This document shows, piece after piece, positions 18,913-26,190 of a DNA stretch of 38,837 bases. The translations under genes were made by a program, and so were the position numbers. The stretch lies in the NCBI GenBank assembly GCA_964479835.1, contig CAYZRE010000003.1:1-38837 (forward strand), written 5' to 3'. The stretch is from an uncultured Candidatus Saccharibacteria bacterium (GTDB lineage: Bacteria; Patescibacteriota; Minisyncoccia; 2-02-FULL-40-12; GWA2-44-9). Position 1 is the first letter of the stretch, and each line of letters begins with the position of its first letter. The notes under the pieces are model-generated. The model was not told the DNA's origin, ran no database searches, and saw only the letters and a list, made by a program, of their open reading frames with translations.

Positions 18913-20278
18913 ATCTACCCGCGCGGCGGAGAGAGATACTGGCTGTCTTGAGGACGATTGCAACGTCCAGTGCCAGTGACCGGTGCTTGATGTAGTACAA
19001 ATCGTATTGAAGTTTCTGAGCGGCATCCTGGACCGAAGAGCCGTATGGATAGTTTATTTGTGCCCAGCCGGACAGGCCCGGTTTGATGAGATACCGCTCG
19101 CGATAAAATGGGATTTGTTGGGTGAGCTGTGCATCGAATTCTGGTCGCTCTGCTCGCGGGCCGACCAATGACATATCGCCGCGTATGATGTTCCACAATT
19201 GTGGAAGCTCATCCAATCGTGTTTTGCGCAAGAACTTTCCGATTGAAGTGATGCGCAAATCATTCTTATCAGCCCAGACGACACCCGTGGTCCGTTCGGC
19301 ATCAGGAACCATGCTTCTGAACTTTACCAGGGTAAACGGTTTGCCGCCGCGCCCGGTGCGCTGTTGGTGGATAAACGGATATCCTGGTGAGCTCAACCAT
19401 ATTGTCAGTAAGATGAACGGCGTCAAAATAATTGTCGGCACGCCCAGCACGACTGCCGCGACGACATCCATGACGCGCTTGAGTGTGTCGAAGGATTTCT
19501 TGGAACCCTCGGACATGTTGTCCAGAAACCACGCCTGATTAATTGCTCCCAACGGTACACGACCGGTGAGATGCTCGCTCATAGAGGCCAACGATGTGAA
19601 ATCAACTTGGCGCGAGAGTGCACCGTAGAAAAGGCCGACAACCTCGCTCATCTGATAGGCCGCAGGGCTGATGACGACCGTGTCGATACCGCTTTCCGCG
19701 ATGTACCGATCGACGCTTTCGAGGTCGTCGATAACCGGCCAGCGGACGCCACCGTCAATCAGCGGTAACCCCTCCTGGCCCAGGCGCACTAACGCACTGA
19801 CACGATAGCCCAGTTGCGGGTTGTCGGTGACAAGTGTCGCCAAATCCAACGATTCATTGTTAAGCCCCACGATAAGCAGTCGTTCCTTGGTGCCTTGGGC
19901 GATGACCTTGTTGTAGAGGTACCGGGTTCCCGACATGATGCAAGCGAATACGACCAGAAAAAGGAACAGATTTAATTTGGGCGTAATGCCGAAATAGGGG
20001 ATGAGATAAAAGAAGAGTACCGAGGCAATACTTGCGACCAGCATGGCCTGTCCCAGGCGTGTGAAAAAATAGCGGTCGTTGCGCATCATGCGCCGGTTGT
20101 ACAGATTAGAGATATAGAGGGCCAACAGCCACACGAGCAGAAGTAACGAGAAAGGGGTGCTGTGAACGCCCCACTGACTTTGCCACGTATCTTTCCCGTG
20201 GCGCACCAAAAGCAGGAGTGCCAAAGCGCCGTAGAATGCGACGAGGTCGGAGGCGATGAGGGTGAGCTTCTTGAGCAT
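18911..20278 (-). CDS. Polyprenyl-phosphate glycosylphosphotransferase (WcaJ/WbaP-like priming sugar transferase)
   Basis: N-terminal TMs, then KRVMD, KFRSM, DLRITSIGKFLRKTRLDELPQLWNIIRGDMSLVGPRAE, KPGLSGWAQI and YDLYYIK. Confidence 0.93.
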   Translation of the reverse strand: MLKKLTLIASDLVAFYGALALLLLVRHGKDTWQSQWGVHSTPFSLLLLVWLLALYISNLYNRRMMRNDRYFFTRLGQAMLVASIASVLFFYLIPYFGITPKLNLFLFLVVFACIMSGTRYLYNKVIAQGTKERLLIVGLNNESLDLATLVTDNPQLGYRVSALVRLGQEGLPLIDGGVRWPVIDDLESVDRYIAESGIDTVVISPAAYQMSEVVGLFYGALSRQVDFTSLASMSEHLTGRVPLGAINQAWFLDNMSEGSKKSFDTLKRVMDVVAAVVLGVPTIILTPFILLTIWLSSPGYPFIHQQRTGRGGKPFTLVKFRSMVPDAERTTGVVWADKNDLRITSIGKFLRKTRLDELPQLWNIIRGDMSLVGPRAERPEFDAQLTQQIPFYRERYLIKPGLSGWAQINYPYGSSVQDAAQKLQYDLYYIKHRSLALDVAIVLKTASISLRRAGR

Positions 20279-20287
20279 CGTCTTACT

Positions 20288-20316
20288 ATTATATAGCAGA
20301 ATATGTTAATAGTCAA
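20288..20316 (-). promoter_or_regulatory. Predicted sigma70-type promoter of sugar transferase
   Basis: TTGACT (20316-20311), 17 bp spacer, TATAAT (20293-20288). Confidence 0.75.
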
Positions 20317-20356
20317 TTTTCCCCTGAAGATGGCAGTAGACCCCATCCGTCCTATT

Positions 20357-20365
20357 TGATATACT
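20357..20365 (+). promoter_or_regulatory. Predicted extended -10 promoter
   Basis: TG-a-TATACT, ending 7 nt before ATG 20373. Confidence 0.5.
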
Positions 20366-20372
20366 CGATGCA

Positions 20373-22088
20373 ATGAGGCGCATGTATGCACCTGTTCTGT
20401 GGTTTGCCATTTCGGCTGTCTTTGCGTTACCCGCTTCTGCCGATACACTAGGACAAACGCAGACATTCCGAGTGAACTCCTCTTTTGATGCATTGGGCGC
20501 AACCACTGCGTCTTTCACCTTGCGGGCAGTAGGCCAATACGGATATTTCTACATTGACAACCGGTATTGGGGAGCTTTGACTTCAGCTGAAGAGAGCCAG
20601 TTCGGTACGAACCTCAACGCACTCTCGGCCCAGTTCGATTCGACTATCTACCCCCGTATCACCTCGTTCTATGGTAGCGAGAACACGCCCGGTATCGATT
20701 CAGACTCGCATGTGGTTATGGTGATGGAGCGACTCATTGCGGGCAACGGCGGATACTTTGAAACGATTCACAATTACACCAAAGACCGCGCCCCCGACAG
20801 CAACGAACAGGAAATGATATATGCGAATGTCGAAAGCGTTCTCATCACGACGGGGAAGACATATGTGGCGCACGAGTTTCAGCACCTGACCTCCTTCAAT
20901 CAGAAAGAACTGCTCCGGAATGTCCAGGACGATGTATGGCTCAATGAAGCGCGGAGCGAATACGCAATTACGGTCTCGGGGCTCAGTGATCCCTATGCGG
21001 GCAGTACGCTCCAGCGACGCGCGCAGTCATTTGTCCGTACGCCCTCGGACTCGCTGGTTGAGTGGCCGAACACTTCCTTGGATTACGCCATCGCGTCCGT
21101 GTTCATTCATTATCTCGCAGACCGGTACGGGCAGGCCATCGTTGCCTCGACCGCACGAACAAGGGCGGCCGGTATCGTGGCAATCGACGAGTGGCTCTCA
21201 CAGAACGGCAAGGCCGAACGGTTTGGCGATATATTTTCTGACTGGATGATTGCGTCATATCTCAATGATCGGGGCGTTGATCCGCGTTACGGCTATGAGC
21301 GCGACGGACTGCGCCAAATACACGTAGCTCCGGTCGTAAGTGCGCGTCTGGACGGCACCAACGAGAGTTCTGACTATTCTGCATCGTTGAAAGAGTGGCA
21401 GCCGCTTTGGATTAAGAACGATGTATCGGCTACCGGTGGTACGGCCAATATGAATGTGCGCATCTCGGGGTCAGCCGATGCCCTATGGCGGGGCGCGGTC
21501 GTTGCGCAATATCGCGACGGCAGTAGCCGTGTCATACCGTTTCTGTCGGTGTACGGTGGCGCTGATGTCGTAGTCCCCACGCAATCGAACGGTTCTCAAA
21601 TTTCCTCCGCAACAGTTGCGGTTGCCCAGGGAATCAGTCAATCGGTCATCAATCGTAGCATCGTCGAAAGATCGGTAACGGTCACCATGTCGCTCGCAGA
21701 GATTCCCGGTGCAATCGCCACGCCGTTGCCTCAATCTTCACAGCCGATAAATGGTGATTTGATTCGTCGCCCCACAGAGGCAGAGATTTATGTGGTTTGG
21801 GGTCCATACCGCCGCTATCTGCCGCAAGGTGTGTTGAAACTGTATGGCTTCGAGAACCGCCCGGTGGCGGAAGTGACGAACGAAGTGTTTCTCCGATATC
21901 AGACCAGTAACTATGTGCGCGAAGACGGGCAGCAAAAAGTGTATGCCCTATGGCCTGATGGTACGAAGCACTGGATGCACATCACTGCGGCCCAGTGGGA
22001 CGCCTCCCTCCGTGATTGGGGAGCGATCTTTGTCGTCAACAGCGCTGAAATTGCGTGGTATGACACTGGCCCTGACATCACTCGCTAG
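20373..22088 (+). CDS. Secreted HEXXH zinc metallopeptidase (M30/immune-inhibitor-A-like) with short C-terminal repeat-like domain
   Basis: Signal peptide ending ..ALPASA, GYFYID, AHEFQH followed by WLNEARSE, and C-terminal GDLIR...IYVV...RR and VREDG..KVY...DGTKHW segments. Confidence 0.7.
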   Translation: MRRMYAPVLWFAISAVFALPASADTLGQTQTFRVNSSFDALGATTASFTLRAVGQYGYFYIDNRYWGALTSAEESQFGTNLNALSAQFDSTIYPRITSFYGSENTPGIDSDSHVVMVMERLIAGNGGYFETIHNYTKDRAPDSNEQEMIYANVESVLITTGKTYVAHEFQHLTSFNQKELLRNVQDDVWLNEARSEYAITVSGLSDPYAGSTLQRRAQSFVRTPSDSLVEWPNTSLDYAIASVFIHYLADRYGQAIVASTARTRAAGIVAIDEWLSQNGKAERFGDIFSDWMIASYLNDRGVDPRYGYERDGLRQIHVAPVVSARLDGTNESSDYSASLKEWQPLWIKNDVSATGGTANMNVRISGSADALWRGAVVAQYRDGSSRVIPFLSVYGGADVVVPTQSNGSQISSATVAVAQGISQSVINRSIVERSVTVTMSLAEIPGAIATPLPQSSQPINGDLIRRPTEAEIYVVWGPYRRYLPQGVLKLYGFENRPVAEVTNEVFLRYQTSNYVREDGQQKVYALWPDGTKHWMHITAAQWDASLRDWGAIFVVNSAEIAWYDTGPDITR

Positions 22089-22140
22089 TCGCTGCGCTCA
22101 GGTAGGCACTCACAGATTTTGTGCCACCTTCGCTCCGCTT

Positions 22141-22258
22141 GGACCGCCGGATTCGGCGGTCTTCTGCGTTGTCGGCTCCGGTGCTCCCTCGTCGTACATG
22201 AGTACGCCTCGGTTTACTCCTCGCCGCCGTCTTGAATCCCATCCGAATACGGCGGTCC
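22141..22258. repeat. 118-bp element with 16-bp terminal inverted repeats (MITE/REP-like)
   Basis: GGACCGCCGGATTCGG (22141-22156) vs reverse complement of 22243-22258, GGACCGCCGTATTCGG: 15/16 identical. Central CGTAC-ATGA-GTACG hairpin. Confidence 0.5.
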
Positions 22259-22456
22259 TGGGAAAGAGTGCTCGCTCTGCGCCTCGCGGTCATCTCAAAA
22301 TCAGCAGTCCAGGGAGAATCCCATGAGAGCGACAGACTGCCCTGGTATCCCAGCGAGGGGCTTCGGAGCGCGACGGCGCGAGAACGAGATGCTCCGTCAG
22401 AAGACGGAGACAGCGATACCGAGTCGGGATATCGGGGCGGTAGGGAGCGATACGGG

Positions 22457-22479
22457 AACGGCTCATTGAATGAGCCGTT
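22457..22479. repeat. Dispersed palindrome AACGGCTCA-N5-TGAGCCGTT, copy 1
   Basis: Loop TTGAA. Stem identical to copies at 25614 and 32207. Confidence 0.85.
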
Positions 22480-22487
22480 TATGCGAC

Positions 22488-22515
22488 TTGAAAAAATCGT
22501 CGAAAAGAGTAGCAT
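22488..22515 (+). promoter_or_regulatory. Predicted promoter of hpf-secA
   Basis: TTGAAA (22488-93), 16 bp spacer, TAGCAT (22510-15). Confidence 0.5.
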
Positions 22516-22524
22516 GTTCGTAGC

Positions 22525-22857
22525 ATGAATATTAGTATCCACGCGAAGAACTTGGAGCTGAACGCTCCTTTGCGGGCATTCATTGAAGAGAAAATGGCTG
22601 ATATCGAGCATTTGCTTGGCGATATCGGACCCTCCCAGGTGCAGGTAGAAGTTGGTATCCCGTCCCAACATCACCATTCGGGTGCCATCTACTACGCCGA
22701 AGCGAACCTTACTATCGGCGGCCAACTGTTACGGGCCGAGGCGACGAACTATGACCTGCACTCGGCTGTCGTCGATGTCAAAGACGAGCTAAAAGTACGG
22801 ATAAAGAAGTTCAAAGACAAGCTCACCGAAGCCCAGCGCCAGCCCTCGTCCGAGTAA
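22525..22857 (+). CDS. hpf: Ribosome hibernation promoting factor HPF/RaiA, short form
   Basis: MNISIHAKNLEL...LRAFIEEK, AEANL.I.G..LRAE, DLHSAVVDV.DEL. Located upstream of secA as in many bacteria. Confidence 0.88.
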   Translation: MNISIHAKNLELNAPLRAFIEEKMADIEHLLGDIGPSQVQVEVGIPSQHHHSGAIYYAEANLTIGGQLLRAEATNYDLHSAVVDVKDELKVRIKKFKDKLTEAQRQPSSE

Positions 22858-22894
22858 TACAGCCCGTTGCTCCTGCTGTGGCGCACTCAATAGT

Positions 22895-25630
22895 ATGTTA
22901 GAATTCCTCTCAAAAATTTTTCCTGACGCCAATGCCCGAACGATTCGGTCATTTTCGTCTGCCGTAGAGCGCATCAACGCATTGGAACCGCGCATGCAGG
23001 CGTTGTCTGACGACGAGTTACGCGGGCTGACACCGGCGCTGCGTTCCCGTCTCGCGGGAGGCGAAACGCTTGATGATATATTGCCGGAAGCGTTTGCCGC
23101 AGTGAGGGAAGCATCGAAACGTAAATCAGGAAAGCGCCACTTTGATGTCCAACTTATTGGCGGCATGGTTTTGCATCAGGGGAAAATCGCACAGATGTCC
23201 ACGGGTGAAGGAAAAACACTGGTGGCGACTCTGCCGGCGTATCTGAATGCACTGGAGGGCAAAGGGGTGCATGTTATTACGGTGAACGATTATTTGAGCA
23301 GGCGTGACGCGACATGGATGGGACAAATTTATGATGCGTTGGGCGTCAGTGTCGGAGTGCTCAACCATGATGCGTCGTATCTCTACGATCCCTCGCATGT
23401 CAGTCCTGCACAGCAAGAAGCACTTGATGACGAGCGCGATGCTACCGGTTCGTTCCGCGTGGTGCACGAATTCCTGCGACCGGTAGAACGCCGTGTTGCC
23501 TACGAAGCGGATATTACTTACGGCACCAACAACGAGTACGGATTTGATTACCTGCGCGATAATATGGCGATGTCGGTTGATGCGATGGCACAGCGCCCCC
23601 AGGATACCCATCATTTTGCCATCGTTGACGAGGTAGACTCCATTCTTATCGATGAGGCACGCACGCCGCTTATCATTTCAAGCCCCGACGAAGAATCGGG
23701 ACAGCTCTACGCGGCGTTTGCCCGCATTGTGCCGCACCTCAAGGAGGGCGAGGATTTTAATATCGACGAAAAGCTGAAGGCGGTCAGTATCACCGATGCC
23801 GGTATCGACAAAGTGCAGGGCCGGCTGGGTATCGCCAATATCTATGAAGAGGGCGGGGTACGCTATGTGCACCACATGGAGCAGGCGCTCCGTGCCCAAA
23901 TTCTGTTCCGGCTTGATAAAGACTATGTGGTCAAAGACGGCGAGGTTATTATCGTCGATGAGTTCACCGGCCGACTGATGCCCGGACGCCGCTGGTCTGA
24001 TGGTTTACACCAGGCCATTGAAGCGAAAGAGAATGTGAAGGTTCAACGCGAGAGTCGTACGCTGGCAACGGTGACATTCCAGAACTATTTCCGTCTGTAC
24101 AAAAAACTGTCAGGTATGACCGGTACCGCCCGCACTTCCGCTGAAGAATTCCACAAAGTATACACACTGGATGTTGTCGCCGTGCCGACCAACAAGCCGA
24201 TGATACGAGCAGACCTCACCGACCGCATCTACAAGAACGAGGCAGGGAAATTTCGTGCACTGGCGACCGAAATTAAACGACGCAATGAGACGGGACAGCC
24301 GGTTCTCGTCGGTACGGTTTCGATTGAGAAAAACGAGATGCTGTCACTCCTGCTTACCCGCGCGGGCGTTCGCCATCAGGTACTCAATGCAAAGAATCAC
24401 GAACGGGAAGCGGAAATCATCGCGCAGGCCGGACGGCTTGGTGCGGTCACGGTCGCAACCAACATGGCCGGACGCGGTGTCGACATCATCTTGGGCGGGA
24501 ACCCGTCCGATGAAACCGAAGCAGCCAAGGTACTCCAGTTGGGCGGGCTGTGTGTCTTCGGCACGGAGCGGCACGAAGCACGGCGCATCGACGACCAACT
24601 CCGCGGTCGTGCCGGTCGTCAGGGTGATCCGGGCGCGAGTCAGTTCTTTGTTTCCACAGAAGACGAGTTGGTGCGCGTGTTCGGTGGAGACCGACTGACG
24701 AACATCATGACCACGCTGGGCGTGACCGATGAAGATGTCATTGAGAATCGGTTGGTCTCGCGTTCGATTGCGCAAGCACAGAGCCGCATCGAAGGCCGCA
24801 ACTTCGATTCCCGAAAATATGTGCTGGAGTATGACGATGTGATGAATAAGCACCGCCAGACTGTATACAACCTACGCCGCGAGGTGCTCACATCGTCAGA
24901 CAACAAAGACCGGGTTCTGGATTATCTGCACACGCAGATGCGCTCGCTGGTGTATGCGCATATCAATCAAGAGACAGGCGAGTTCGACAGGGAAGAAATT
25001 GCCGAGGCATGTCGCGCTATTGCTCCGTTTGATGAATCATTGCACCGCACCCTGACGGCCAAAGCCGCCGAGGGCGCGTTCGGAGCCGCTAACCCCGATG
25101 AGCTTGTGGCATACCTGCAGGACGAAGTCGAGCGTTTGTATGAAGCGCATGAACAGCAGATGGGGGATACGCAAATGCGTGCCATTGAGAAGGCGATTAT
25201 CCTGCGTGCCGTGGACGATGTTTGGGTGGACCACATCGAAGCCATGGAGCACCTGCGCGAAAGCGTGAGTCTGCGGGCCTACGGCCAGCGCGACCCGCTC
25301 GTCGAATACAAGATTGAGTCACAACAAATGTACGCGACGCTCATGGACACTATTGCCGGACGCGTGGCGGGCATCATCTTCAGAGTGCAAATGACGGACC
25401 CGGCATCTGGTACTGGCCAGGAGAAAAAAAGAACCCTGCAAGAACAGCGCCCCGATATTACCGGCGACGAAGCAATCGCAAAACTGGATACCAACGACAC
25501 CGCCGCATCTGAAGTCACCATTCACTCCGACCATGTCGGTCGCAACGACCCCTGTCCCTGCGGTTCAGGCAAAAAATTCAAGAAGTGCGGACTCCTGGAT
25601 ACCGAGGAGCACAAACGGCTCACTCAATGA
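22895..25630 (+). CDS. secA: Preprotein translocase ATPase SecA
   Basis: MSTGEGKTL, TVNDYL, YGTNNEYGFDYLRDN, IVDEVDSILIDEARTPLIIS, ATNMAGRGVDI, QLRGRAGRQGDPG, and a C-terminal SEC-C motif. Confidence 0.99.
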   Translation: MLEFLSKIFPDANARTIRSFSSAVERINALEPRMQALSDDELRGLTPALRSRLAGGETLDDILPEAFAAVREASKRKSGKRHFDVQLIGGMVLHQGKIAQMSTGEGKTLVATLPAYLNALEGKGVHVITVNDYLSRRDATWMGQIYDALGVSVGVLNHDASYLYDPSHVSPAQQEALDDERDATGSFRVVHEFLRPVERRVAYEADITYGTNNEYGFDYLRDNMAMSVDAMAQRPQDTHHFAIVDEVDSILIDEARTPLIISSPDEESGQLYAAFARIVPHLKEGEDFNIDEKLKAVSITDAGIDKVQGRLGIANIYEEGGVRYVHHMEQALRAQILFRLDKDYVVKDGEVIIVDEFTGRLMPGRRWSDGLHQAIEAKENVKVQRESRTLATVTFQNYFRLYKKLSGMTGTARTSAEEFHKVYTLDVVAVPTNKPMIRADLTDRIYKNEAGKFRALATEIKRRNETGQPVLVGTVSIEKNEMLSLLLTRAGVRHQVLNAKNHEREAEIIAQAGRLGAVTVATNMAGRGVDIILGGNPSDETEAAKVLQLGGLCVFGTERHEARRIDDQLRGRAGRQGDPGASQFFVSTEDELVRVFGGDRLTNIMTTLGVTDEDVIENRLVSRSIAQAQSRIEGRNFDSRKYVLEYDDVMNKHRQTVYNLRREVLTSSDNKDRVLDYLHTQMRSLVYAHINQETGEFDREEIAEACRAIAPFDESLHRTLTAKAAEGAFGAANPDELVAYLQDEVERLYEAHEQQMGDTQMRAIEKAIILRAVDDVWVDHIEAMEHLRESVSLRAYGQRDPLVEYKIESQQMYATLMDTIAGRVAGIIFRVQMTDPASGTGQEKKRTLQEQRPDITGDEAIAKLDTNDTAASEVTIHSDHVGRNDPCPCGSGKKFKKCGLLDTEEHKRLTQ

Positions 25631-25636
25631 GCCGTT
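25614..25636. repeat. Dispersed palindrome AACGGCTCA-N5-TGAGCCGTT, copy 2
   Basis: Loop CTCAA. Contains the secA last codons and TGA stop. Confidence 0.85.
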
Positions 25637-25685
25637 AATTCTGGGCGATTTTATATAATACTGAAGCTATACAGGAGCGGCATGG

Positions 25686-26189
25686 ATGGCGTATACTGAA
25701 GACATGCGAAAGGAGGGATTCTTACGCAATTTTATCTTCGGTGTCGAAGACTCGCTGGTTTCGACCGTTGGGTTTGTGTCCGGCATCGCCGCCGCTTCTG
25801 TTGAGCGCAACACGCTGTTACTATCAGGTGTCGTCCTCGTGTTCGTGGAGGCTTTCTCCATGGGTATCGGCAGTACATTATCCGAGGAGTCTGTGCAAGA
25901 AGCACGCACCCGGCGGAGCGCTCGTTGGGGAGTATCGGTCGCAGGGGGGTTTGTCATGTTTGTCTCATATATCTTGACGGGTCTTTTCGTGCTTTCTCCG
26001 TACCTCGTCAGCGATGTCTCTCATGCACTTTTGCAGTCAATCGCCCTGTCTCTCGGACTTTTATTCCTTCTTGGTGTCGTGTCAGCTAAGATCACCGGTC
26101 TTCCGATACTTCGTCGGGCGTTTCGGATGATGATAGTTGGTGGGCTGGCAATTCTGTTGGGTATCATCGTAGGACATCTTATGCTCTGA
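25686..26189 (+). CDS. VIT1/CCC1 family metal (Fe/Mn) transporter
   Basis: LRNFIFGVEDSLVSTVG, EAFSMGIG..LSEE. TATAAT at 25654 and an AGGAG RBS upstream. Confidence 0.9.
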   Translation: MAYTEDMRKEGFLRNFIFGVEDSLVSTVGFVSGIAAASVERNTLLLSGVVLVFVEAFSMGIGSTLSEESVQEARTRRSARWGVSVAGGFVMFVSYILTGLFVLSPYLVSDVSHALLQSIALSLGLLFLLGVVSAKITGLPILRRAFRMMIVGGLAILLGIIVGHLML

Positions 26190-26190
26190 C

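Noticed and set aside
22290-22345. Group I intron-like words (AATCAGCAG, ACAGACTG)
   Set aside because: The CAGTC partner lies upstream as a simple hairpin rather than downstream as P7, and no interrupted gene flanks it.
22078-22725. 215-aa minus-strand ORF and 98-aa plus-strand ORF over the structured gap
   Set aside because: They are antisense to or overlap hpf, have Arg/Ser-rich composition typical of GC-rich palindromic DNA, and carry no motifs.
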